Assembly: GCA_030141605.1 (NCBI GenBank)
Contig: JAQGDQ010000058.1
Location: 653,852 to 717,851, forward strand
DNA: 64,000 nt
DNA from: Tubiluchus corallicola
Lineage: Eukaryota; Animalia; Priapulida
Reading direction: 5' to 3'
This document shows positions 52,801-64,000 of the stretch, piece by piece. Under the pieces are notes generated by a model. The model saw nothing but the letters and a program-made list of their open reading frames with translations, ran no database searches and was not told the DNA's origin. Each line of letters opens with the position of its first letter. The first letter of the stretch is position 1. The position numbers and the translations under genes are program-made.

Positions 52801-55062
52801 GATTGGCATTTACAGGAGCAGCGGCAGGATCAACAAGTGTTGGACAGTTACTCCCAAACCGTTTGTAGTGTAACAACTACACCGCATTGTTGCCAGTTCT
52901 GCTACAAACAATATGCAAATAAACAAAAGGTGTTGTTCTATTTAATTACAAATTCTGTCTGTCAAAGTGATACCTTATTTATACCATCATAAAAACTAAA
53001 AGTGCGCTGTAATCCATATAAGTTGTAGTGCCTAGAATGTTACTAAAATTAATCATTGTATTTCCTTAGCTCATGATGCATCAACGGAAAAAGCATGCTG
53101 ATTTAGTTCCTCCGGCACAGCATAGGATTGTGACATCACAAAGGCAACCTCCTCCGGCTCACACCAGCCACACGGATGTGATTGAGATCCCACTTTTACC
53201 AGATAACAAAGGTATTGTCACAATTCAGCGGATGCCAGGCAGACAAATGCAGGTAGGTAAACAGAAGCTTGGTGCTGTAGGATGTTTTCTTAACGTTAAA
53301 GATTAAAAACTTAATTGGTGAACATCAGATATTAACTCTTGATAACCATTACAAAGAAGTTAACATGATCTTGACACCGAGTTTACTGCAATTATTTGAA
53401 CTGTTATGGACATAATTGTTCATACAACCAACTCCGTGTAGACTGAAAAATGCATCTATCTGCGAAGGCAGTTTGTCGTGCATAATCCACCATCCTGTCA
53501 CGTAGTTTTACATTTTCTGCTCTAGTCCATGTTAACTAAGCCACCTTACTTTTAGTAAGTATAAAATCTACTTACAATATTTATTTATTTGTGTTACAGT
53601 CATCACTAAGTTGTTTATTGTTTACCATTTAGTATCTGACGCAAGCCGTTCCGCAAGAAAGATTAGAGAGGATCGACATACCGGTGTCAGCTGAAGGTGT
53701 TCCAGCTGCTGACTTGCTTACTCAAGCAATGTCAGAACTTTCGCAAACCCTCGGTGATTATCGAGCGCCTCCTAGTGAGTATCAAGCGCTAACTGAACGA
53801 TGGGTACATCACAGAGATCAATGTGCATCATCACCCAGGTACGTGTATCAGTTTTATCTTGTTAACCTGGTATGATTTAGAAATTGTACTATGGTATTTT
53901 GATGTTCACAATTATACAAGTTTTTAGCAGACATAATACAAAAGTAATGCAACACAGATAATGTACACATTGCTGATGGCTCACTTACACTATTCGAAGT
54001 TGAAATGATTTTATTATCTTAGCATTTTTTGTATAGTAATGAAAAAACATTTTATGAAACATGGAAAATGAAGGAAGCGGAAGTGGAGTGCCTGCTTATC
54101 TAGTTCATACATACCTGTACATTAATTTTTTTCACATTTATGAAGAAACTGGCCTTGTGCAACATTTGTACATATTTTTTCACTAGCCGAGAGTGCAGAG
54201 TGGCGGAAATGTTTACAGGAATGTGAAAAGCTTAAGACACATGACAGCCATGATCAATCATAACAGCTTGAATAAATTGTAATTTATACTACTTACTCTA
54301 TACTCATCAGGAAATGGGTATGTCTTTGCATGACAAAAAAATTAGCACACTTGTCTCATAACTTATAGTTCTCAATTTTTACATTTTCTTACAAGCTGCA
54401 AAGTGCACAAAGTTGCCTATTGCTTCCTCACATTTTAATATATGTATGTAAATATATAAAGATTAGTTAAAAGTGCAAAGATATTGGCAAGAATAACTTC
54501 ATACTAGACACACTAATGTCTATTTAGTAACATAAGGTAATCGCTGTTTTCAGCGGTTCTGACCTGTTGTGGACAAGAGACTGCTTGAGGATTACTTTTG
54601 ACATTCCACTGTGGTGGAAATTCAAACCCTATAGGAAATATCTCAGAGAAACAACTATGGAAAAGAAAAAATATGATACTATTGACACTATTGAGATAAG
54701 ATGAACTTCAACGTTGGAGTTAAGCATTCCTGCTTGAATCTTCACTTTAGAAACTAATACTAAACTAATGTTTTTTCTTTAATTATATATTTAGATTGGC
54801 CACACCAATGATGGCAAATCAAGCTACAACAATAGATTTAAGTCAGCTGCAGCAGAACCTTACTTTACATTACCAGCCGCATCCTGGGCAGATGCAGGTT
54901 ACGCAGATTCCACAGCATCACGTAGTCACACAGGTGCAGACACAAGCGAATCACATGAGTCCAGCTCCAAGTCCTGTCCCAGGACAGGCACATCCGACGA
55001 TAGCACATCATCCGTACACCCCACGGTCATGGACGCCTAGGTTTTCAGGTTATCTGGGTTAG
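40006..55062 (+). CDS. PRDM10: PR domain zinc finger protein 10 (zinc knuckle + PR/SET + 14 C2H2 fingers + Gln-rich tail)
   Basis: 23 phase-consistent coding exons: 40006-40650, 40798-40935, 41302-41421, 42126-42228, 42436-42522, 42947-43099, 43542-43654, 44868-45020, 45342-45531, 46097-46308, 46832-46945, 47177-47334, 47629-47848, 48278-48418, 49195-49350, 49589-49680, 50612-50804, 51127-51312, 51955-52365, 52816-52929, 53070-53252, 53633-53838, 54795-55062. Diagnostic motifs: WCEDC...CPKH knuckle, [17 protein letters not shown]...[70 protein letters not shown]. Confidence 0.95.
40297..40557 (+). repeat. Coding tandem repeat, 3 x 87 nt (29 aa), in the PRDM10 N-terminus
   Basis: [29 protein letters not shown] / [29 protein letters not shown] / [29 protein letters not shown]. 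Confidence 0.92.
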
Positions 55063-56996
55063 TCTTACCACGTAATTGTTGCCACTTTTGTTGCAGCTGC
55101 TCTGGATTTCAAACACCCTGTCATCTGCAACATTTTGTGGCTAATAGTTTTGAAACTGTCAATTGTCTCCCATCATTTTCTAAGCTTCAAATTACATGAA
55201 ATGTTTAAGTTAGTATCACGTGCAGTAGTAAAATAATTTATGAGATAACTGCAATTAAAATTACAATCTGTGATTCTCCTAATTATATCATGCATGAAAT
55301 TTAGTCATAACTGGTTGTGTAGGTTCGTAGTAGTTTTAGAACGTTTTTAGTACCATTTACCATTCCAATACCCGAACTTTTTCAGTTGGTAGTGAAAAAT
55401 CTTGTATGCTTTTGTAATTTTCACTTCAAATAACATTCATGCATGGTCTAAAAAATTGATGTTATTTTCGTGTTGGAAATAAATGCAAGTGGTAATTATT
55501 GTGTTCATAAAAATGCACTAATTTCACTGGACAATCGCACACATGTTTGGCTGTGTTTTAAAAAATAGTTTGCCACATTGATAAAATTTTGGTAAATTGA
55601 CAGCAGTAGTAGATAATAGCATGAATGAGTAAGGGTATTTAATTTAGTTTAAAAAAAGAGGTTTATCACAATGGCATGTATAACTTAGTAAAGCAAATCA
55701 TTACTTGATGATGTTCCAGTTAGCAGTAATTCGTCTTGAAAATGACCCGTTTTCTCGCTTAACCATAAATAGTGCACTTGGTAAAGTAAATCTACTCGTT
55801 CTAATGTGTCAATTTAACAAAAACAGTAAATTGCATGTAGTAAATCTGACAAATCATTGTGTTATACAATCCCGTCATATGCTTACAAAATGTCCAGCAG
55901 AACAATTCACTTAACAGAGCATTTTGTTGGACCATATTGAAATGCATTTCATTTGATTTTGTATGTCTTTTGAAGTATGAAATACAGTCGTGTGCAAAAT
56001 TCTTAGACTTGTTTTGTAGTCAAAATGTTTAGCTGCAAGCACAATTTAAAACTTGTGAACATTGAGCTTCTGATAGTATCACGTACGTAAATTAAAGTTA
56101 TAATGTAGAGATCTTGCAAGGAAAGCCAGCCGCAGTAAATGAATGTGAAACGCACCTGTATAAATGTAAAAGATGGTAGTGAATTAGAATGTTAGTGCAA
56201 CAAATAGAGCTTTGAATATCAGGGGGTGTCATTTGAATCAAGTAAATCTCTATTTGCAATAATAAACTCAAACTTGAAATTTAGTTCACAGTTTATGTTT
56301 AATTATTTTGCATAGTAGATGTAGGTGCATACAGTAAATTCTGTAGTTTGTGTTGATTACTCTTGAAGTTCATTACATATTTAGTCAATTTGTATAATGT
56401 AATAATGTACATTCTCGGTATGTGCAGGCATGTATATAGTGAACGCTTAGATGCACTTTTGTGAATCATCGTACTGTAATTATTTAAAATTTCTAGATGT
56501 ATCATCAGTAGTTTTTCTTTATTTTTTGTAATATAATTGATAAATAATAATTGTGACTGTGCACTAGGTACTAGGTAAAGATACCTAAAATTGTAAAATG
56601 CTTATTTTATATTTAAATTTTACTCCAATTTAAAGATTGTTATTTAGATCATGCATTTGTAAAGTTATGAACACTTGTAGTTAACGAACTAGACAGAATT
56701 GTATAAAAAAAGAGTATAATAGTAGAGTAAAATGAATTTTTATATACCAATTATGTATAAAATAGTTAATACTGGATGAATTATTGGAACTTAAGGGTTT
56801 CTTATTCATTTTGGTAGAATTTTGTATTGCTGAATTAAATTCTGGTTAACTAAAATTGAGAGTTATTCAGTTTTATGTTTTTACTGTTTGTACTAAAACA
56901 AATTTTGCTTCTGTTGCACATCACTTCCTGCTAATCACTTATTGCACACTAGTTATGAAACAAAATTTACTTACGTTTGAGCAGTCTTTACATTGA

Positions 56997-57576
56997 AGGA
57001 AAACAGGATGATTTTTCAAATATCCTTGCCCATTTGAAGTACAATAAAAAGTACACATTTTTACACCTATAATAATGCCAAACCGTTTCTGATAATTAAA
57101 CAATGTGTGAAAAACTTAATTAACGGCAGGCGAGCCTTACTAGTGATGACATCACAACTGAACAATTTTCGACAGCGCAAACATTCCATGAGCATGTTAC
57201 ACGTTTCCGAAGCGGAAATTGAAGTACAGTATTACTGTACAACATTAAGTGTGATAAACAAAAATTCGGCAAACTAAGTTAAAAGTTAAAATTTCAAGTT
57301 CACGAGTGAGCTCGCGAAAGTGTGCACATCGTCACAACTGAACAACTTCGAACTGAGAGGCACAGCACTTGTTTTATGTGCAACGCATTTCCGAGATACA
57401 GGCGCTAGCACAATCTAACTACCAAATAGCAAAATGCGTGTAACAGCGAAATTACGTTTCTGTGGTAATAATTCTTTCATGTAAGTCATTTTTGACAAAA
57501 ATAGTAAGTTTCCTTTCAATATTTTTTAGGGTATGCTGTTTTGAGCTATAATTTAAGATTGGCTCCGGGTTTTTTT
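56997..57576. mobile_element. Kolobok-like non-autonomous DNA transposon, copy 2
   Basis: Colinear, same-orientation copy of 26915-27484. TTGA on the left flank and TTAA on the right. Confidence 0.7.
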
Positions 57577-58415
57577 TTAATTTGACCCCCTCCGGTTAGA
57601 GTAGGTTTCGTTGCTAGAATTTTAGTGGGTTTAAGCAAATAAAGCTGGCTGTTTTTCGATTTAAAATGACAAGGTTACTGCAGTCTGTTTAGCGAAAAGT
57701 CTCGTCTGTATCAGTGTCAGGTCTCACTTGTAGTTTCCCGCTTTCGTAATATAGTGCAAAGTAGACGGCGCCATTTAAAAAAAAAAACGAAACTTTTGTG
57801 AAGGTACCACTTTCAGTTTGTTCTCACAAATCGCCTTTCAACTCACGTTCAAGTGAGTGGGCAAACAACGTTAAATTTTTTATCACTATTACTAGTGTAA
57901 CTGTTATCACAGTCCACGGTTGAAATACTGCCAAATGTAAGGGTGCAGCGATATGTGTTAAAATAACAATTACTTACAAAACCCTACAAAGGATGACTTT
58001 CCAAACATTCAAACACTAAAAACTCTAGAAAGACATCAAGCAAGTGGTTGTTCTTATGCACGGGTACTAGTCGCCCAGGTAGAACGGTACAGTGTTACGC
58101 CTGTGCAGTACACAAATATTACTTTGGAGCTGCTTTAGTTAACGTTTCCTGGCTAGTTAGATTTTTTGCAAGTGAAACGCGAAGCCAGAGCTAAATTTAT
58201 TTGTGCTTAAAATTGTGTTGTGGAATATTTGGCTCTAACTTTTTGTGATTCCCAGTGCCCATAACTACTTTGACATTAATGTGAAATAGATCGAGGCAGT
58301 TCAGTAACAGTTTGTGAAAAACTACTTGTGATATTATGATTTTAACTTGTTACTGATTTAAAATTTTTGCCAGTCTACTGAAGTCAGACTTGCATTTGTT
58401 GTAAACTTAGGCAGC

Positions 58416-61400
58416 ATGACGAAAGGAGACGGCTTGAATTTAGAAGAGTTTCTGGCCGCTTTAGGCCAACCCGGACGATATCAATTGGTCATCTATGTGC
58501 TCCTCTGCCTAAATTACATGCCAGTAGCTTTTAACCACCTAGCCATGGTATTCTATGGAGCTGCCCCGCCGCACCATTGCCATGTAATTAAAATTTTTTC
58601 ATTGTACATTAAAATAAAATAAATATGCTAGCTAGATACATTCAGTTTTCCGTCAAATAAAAATTTGTTAAATTTTTGTCTATAGTTACTGTACTGTAAC
58701 TGAGTGACTCAGTGCATACAAAACTATAGAAGAGTATCGGTAAAACAACATTAATGTTCTAAAACAACAATTGCAGTTACAACAAGTCTTTTTCAAAAGT
58801 AAAGCGCACCTAGTTTGCAAAAAAAAGTTCAACGATTAAGCATATAAAATCCCTAAAAATTGAATTAGACGTCCCGCTGATTAAACTGTAAAGTGTTAAG
58901 GAATAACTTACTTCTATAGGAATGGGAGAAGACAGTTAAAGCTAACAGGCGGGTACGAGGGAAATTATATGGATAACAGCTATCATTATAACATACGTCA
59001 GCATTCCGCAATTTAAAAAAAAGATAATCAATTGATTTTTTCAAGTTATAAACGTTAATTATTTTGTTAATCAAAAGGCCAAACGAGAACAAAAACTGGC
59101 TGAAACCTATAATAACGAATTCTACAGAGTGAGTATTATCAGAACGGTTTGTGTATGATTCAAATATTTACGACTTCTTAAAAGTGTACTAAACTGAGAA
59201 CAAATAAGGAATAAATACTTCAAAACTGACAACACCAGGCTATTCCTACTTACTCTTTGATTTCAATTAAGATAAAATTTATAGTTGCCAAACTACAAAA
59301 GCGTGTATACAGCATATTTCTGTAATAACTCCATTTTTCTAATTATGCTGACGATGATAATAAAAACATTTTCTGTATATATTTTTTATTTTAGGTACCT
59401 GATAACGTTTCGCTAAATAATGAATCCATCCCGTATGTTACTGATGAAGATGGAAATTATAGACCGGCAAAATGCTTGAAATATTTTAACTCCAGTACAA
59501 CAGGTAATGTCACATGCTCAGGTGGACCGTACGATTACAGCGTCTATCCTGCAGGAAATCCTGGGCCTGCAGAGAACACCATCGTAGTCGAGGTACATTT
59601 TACATTTCTTCGATTATTATGTCTGACCATTTATGGAAATAATCATTTGTAGTCGGCATCGTAGAAGCCGAGACCCCACAGTGATAATTCAGCTTTTTTA
59701 CATCCATATGGGCAGTTGGCCAGCAAAGCAAGCTCAATCGAATCTTGGTGGGGTAAAACCTACACCAAAAACTTTCCACTCAAGCCACGAGCATCCTGAA
59801 CACTGCGACGAAAACTAACCTTACCTCGCAAGTGATATTCAGTTAGAATTGGAAAAATACGAATGAAACTTTTTGCACAGTTGCCAGCTTTTTTACAAGA
59901 GAAACCTGCATCTCTTTAGACCAGCACTACATATAATTAATTAATTATAAAAACTCGGTGACGTGTTTTCTAAAGAACTTTTTCTCCCTTCACTGAATTG
60001 CTAGCAGTCTGCTTAATATTTTAGTCTGTAACCGTGTATAGGCATTTAAATACACAAGAAAGTAACTCACAGACATCAAAAATATAAAAAGTAATACGCA
60101 ACAAGGTTTTGAAGAAGTTATATGTCTTATCAAATACATGTACATCAGTAGAACTAGTAAGCTATGAATTACATAACGTACAAAATATTTTAATCAAGTT
60201 CAGACTTATTATTATTGTATACATAACACGGTTTGCCACTTATATAATGATTAAATGCTTGACAATGGTACAATGATATCAGATTTTCAGTTTTCGCGAC
60301 TGATATTAAAAGTCAGCAGCGAAATTACGTTAAGAGAATAAGAAAATTCTTAACAGCAAATGCATATAAATGTTAGATAGATCGTGCAACAATCGAACAA
60401 GATGAAGCAGTGAAGTCATTCCGTTTATCAACGCTCTTGAAACTGGGACCAGTCTTCTAAAATTCAAGCCATTAACATGACCATTTATAAGAACTAAAAT
60501 ATTTACGACGCGGTTTACACGAAGTGCAAATATTTCTGACTTCTGAATGAATTCCATCATTAGCTAAGGTTATCATTTATAGTAGCCTAAGTAACCGGTC
60601 TCTGTTTGCTTATGTCACTTGAGATTTACACAGGCCCGCCTATAGGTCATGGTTAGGATGAAATCTACTAATACGTTTAGGGTTTTTTAGACATTCACCT
60701 TCAAACAATAGTTTATCCGGTTATATGGCAAGTTCTTAAATTTACACCACAGTTTCAAAAATTATTTCAACATTTTTTTCATGTTTTCTACTTTTTTGTA
60801 TTAACTTCATCATAGCGTCAGTGTAATATGATACATGTATATATATCTGCCATATATTAGTTCTTTAATCATCTCTAGACGTTTATAAAAACTGCACTTG
60901 CATCATCATATCTAGTGTGTCGACCTGTATTACAGATCTTATCACCTGTAAAGTATTACAGCAACATGAACGAAACCGTATCATCATTTCTGAGCTGCTG
61001 TACTGTATTTAAGAGGGGTAGACTACTTTCCCAGAAAAGTTTTTCAAAAATTTTCCCCGACAAAAAACTTTGCAGAAAACTTTGATCAGAAAATTCACTT
61101 GCCAGAAAAAAATCCCAGAAAGGTTTTTCCCAGAATAGCCATTTCTCAGAATTTTTTTCTTAGAACCGTCATTTCCCAGAAAATAAAGAAAAAGTAATGA
61201 ATCCTTTTTCAGGCGCAGTTAGATAATGCGAAATAAAAAGCAGTTTGTTTTAACTACTCGTATTGATTAATACTGATTTATGATAAAAATTTTGGTCAAC
61301 TCATTAAGGCAAGAAAGTAGATTTGTAACGTCAGAACGATTATATGCGAATCGTGTTGTTCTTTGCATATGCGCAATAGTGAGTAATCACTTCGTGTGAT

Positions 61401-63957
61401 TGGCCATCGAGGTGACGCAATGTCCAGTCTAGCAGTTGATTAGTTGGGTGACTGCTTACGGAATCTCACTTTGGGCAGTTCCTTTCACTGCTATGCCGAA
61501 TTATTTCGCTGTAATAGGGAGAATGTACATGCATCTGATTGCGACTGTGACACCGCTGCCTGTTCAACATTTCACCTCAGAGGATTATTTTAAAAATGAA
61601 CCAGGGTCTGGTCCTGTCATACAAGAACCTGTAAAAAATCTTGTGACGGAGCAAAATTTATTGAGCAAATTTAGACTCCAATATAAGACTCGGTGTTTTC
61701 ATTTTCTAGAACGTTTATTAAACTTTATTTCAAATCATTGGAAAATCAATTAAATTTGATGTGATTATATGGCAAATGATACAATGCTAATTGATTCTAA
61801 TTTAACGCTAAAATAAGTTCCAATGCGCAGGAAAAATATCAGCATGAGTCAATCGCTCAAAACACAGCACATCCTGACTGTCTGTTGTATTCGATGCTTT
61901 GCGTCATTTTAAATGATTCTGATTATCCTTAGTTAAAGCGTTTTAAATAATTAGAAGCAGAAAGATAGCGTATTGAGAAACAGAAGAAGAGAGAGGAAGG
62001 GAAGGGAGACAGATAGGGAGGGAGAGACGGAGAGAAGAAGAGAGGGGTAAGGACGGAAGGCGATAAAGAAGGAGAATCAAACAGAAAAGACAAGCTGAAA
62101 GCTCTATCCTATTAATATAGAATATCTTGCAAATAAAAAATCAACCGAGATTTCCGGGAAATACTTTTTCTGTGAAACGGACCTAAACCATTTAAACAGT
62201 ACCAAAACAGTTAGTCTTTTGCGCATGATGCTTGAAATTCGATGTAGTAGTCTTCGCACACTAACGATATTTTCTCGATACGGATTGGGTAACCTAATCT
62301 GTTAGTAACCCAGATATTCATTGGCATTATTATAAGTTCATAGTGAATTTGTATTTAGTTCCACCATTCCATGTCAAAGAGAAGTTTTATTTACATAAAT
62401 TCTCATTTTTTATACGAAGCTTGAAAATCAGCGCTTATTTATTTTTGTAGTGGGATTTGGTTTGCGATGAAGCGTACAAATCGTTTCTTGCCACAACTCT
62501 TTACTTTGTGGGAGTTATGATAGGTGCTTCGGTTTTTGGTGCTATGGGCGATTGGTAAGTGTTTGTGGTATAACAGTTTCAAGAACATGCGTATATTGGT
62601 ATTTTAGTACAAAATTTCTTGTCAAAAGTGGGGCGTATAGCTGAGCAGTCAAAATGTGGCCTTGGTGACAAAAGTTAAGCAACTTTGGTTCAGAAAAAAT
62701 GTCTTATGATTGGTTTGAATGAGTTCATCTGCCACACTGCCTCAGGCAGTTTCTGTCATTATGGGAGACTAAAGTATACCGTATTTTCCCATGTATAAGA
62801 GACCCTTTTTTGCTCAGAATTTTCACTTTAAAAATATGGGGTCTCTTATACATGGGAGTAAGCCAACCCTTGGAGAAGTCTGCAGCTGGGTCCTCAAGGC
62901 ATGGAATGGTGTAAAGCCAGAGGTCATTATTAAATCTTTCAAGAAGTGTGGCATCTCCAATGCCATGGACGGCACAGAGGACAATGCCATTTTTGAGCAG
63001 AGTGACTCCTCTGATGATGAACTGGCTGGAATTGCTGAAGGTCTGACTCCAGTTGATATTTTTGATGAGAGTGATGAGGAATTTAATGATTTCTATGATG
63101 AATAAAGTTATTCATTACTAAAAAACTTTTTTCCAGAATTTTTGCCTAAAAATTGAAGGGGTCTCTTATACACAGGGGTCTCTTATACATGGGAAAATAC
63201 GGTATATACCTGAAGCTAAGACCCTTCAATTTTTAGGCAAAAATTCTGGAAAAAAGTTTTTTCAGACGGACATTTTTAGAGGGTAGAGTACAACTTTTTT
63301 CAACTCAGTGCGGTACTGAAAACAAAATAAAACCAGTTAATGTGTTGTAGAAAAAGAGTACTGGTATATATTAAAGTGCGTACCTGCAAACCTGTAACAG
63401 GAAAAGAGAAAACGAGGAGATAATGCCTGTGTCACGATGCTTGTATTGCTTACAACTGCTTCATAGTCGAACGCGACACGCAAAACAGTTGTAGAGCACT
63501 TATTTCTTTAAAATCATTAGTGTCACAATTTATGCATCTTATTGAAAAGACTTACTCCCATGTATAAGAGACCCCCTATTTTTAAAGTGAAAATTCTGAG
63601 CAGAAAAGGGTCTCTTATACACGGGAAAATACGGTACATCATCATTGCAAGACACTACTGTGTTCATTTTTACAGACCTTAAGAAAGCCAAAAATAAAAA
63701 TACACTTGAGGCAGCCACATGTCTAAACAATATAGCACACATGAGTAACCCCAGGAAAGCAAAGTCATAATAATATATGCACTCACGTTAGTCCGTGATT
63801 AATTTATGTGCGATTTCATTTTAATTCTAGGATAGGAAGAAAGCCCACATTGCTCTTATGCCTGTATTCGTACCTGGCTTTAGGAATTGGCTTGCATTTC
63901 GTCACGAATTACGTGCAGTTTGTCGTCTTGAGAGTTTTCATTGGAATGTGCATGCAG
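58416..63957 (+). CDS. SLC22 family organic cation/anion transporter (MFS), first four coding exons; continues beyond the right edge
   Basis: Exons 58416-58583, 59395-59592, 62451-62554 and 63831-63957: EEFLAALGQPGRYQL...PPHHCH|VP...Cys and N-glycosylation loop...NTIVVE|WDLVCD...GVMIGASVFGAMGDW|IGRKPTL...LRVFIG. These are SLC22 hallmarks. Confidence 0.92.
61015..62190. mobile_element. Degenerate DNA transposon with tandem subterminal tttcccagaa units (MULE/foldback-like)
   Basis: Periodic ttcccagaaa units at 61028-61182 and inverted counterparts (ttccgggaaa, ttctgtgaaa) at 62150-62180. The interior is not confidently assignable. Confidence 0.4.
62779..63202 (+). mobile_element. pogo/Tigger-family deletion derivative carrying the transposase C-terminus
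   Basis: Perfect TIRs ccgtattttcccatgtataagagaccc / gggtctcttatacatgggaaaatacgg with a TA TSD. The peptide KPTLGEVCSWVLKAWNGVKPEVIIKSFKKCGISNAMDGTED is typical of pogo DDE transposase C-termini. Confidence 0.9.
63209..63634 (-). mobile_element. Second pogo-family MITE of the same family, inverted, inner TIR lost
   Basis: 63220-63262 is the reverse complement of the first element's right subterminal region. 63551-63634 is the reverse complement of its left end and is followed by TA. The interior differs. Confidence 0.85.
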
Positions 63958-64000
63958 GTAAATCAGGTTTTCATGACTGTGGTATACCCCTATGTTCATT

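Noticed and set aside
57720-57780. Minus-strand aaATGGCG (YY1/Kozak-like) suggesting a divergent gene upstream of SLC22
   Set aside because: The frame closes after 16 codons and no downstream exons are recognisable.
1-64000. CRISPR arrays, operons, rRNA/tRNA genes or prokaryotic defence systems
   Set aside because: The sequence is intron-containing animal DNA. I saw no regularly spaced repeat-spacer array or structured RNA gene.

Overview
AT-rich animal (bilaterian invertebrate-like) nuclear DNA with spliceosomal introns, not prokaryotic. Most entries in the ORF track are exon fragments or noise. Six protein-coding genes can be assembled by hand from splice sites and phase continuity. (1) A minus-strand sulfonylurea-receptor-like ABC transporter (ABCC8/9 type) whose first ~1,369 codons (4113 to ~7) lie in one uninterrupted exon and which continues off the left edge. 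(2) A JHY homolog (+, 7 coding exons, 11645-23422). (3, 4) Two tandem CD225/dispanin paralogs (+, 26011-31509 and 32236-35570). (5) PRDM10 (+, 23 coding exons, 40006-55062; PR/SET domain, 14 C2H2 fingers, one GC-AG intron). (6) The 5' part of an SLC22 organic-ion transporter (+, from 58416, continuing off the right edge). Introns and intergenic DNA hold a decayed LINE nested in a Harbinger-type MITE, a hAT deletion derivative with a 5-bp TSD, pogo/Tigger MITEs, Kolobok-like and Helentron-like elements, microsatellites and a ~170-bp near-perfect hairpin. I see no unmistakable new multi-gene system. The best leads are the giant-exon SUR with a long phospho-site/PP1-motif linker, the diverged dispanin pair, and the hairpin. 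All family assignments come from motif recognition by eye, not from database searches.
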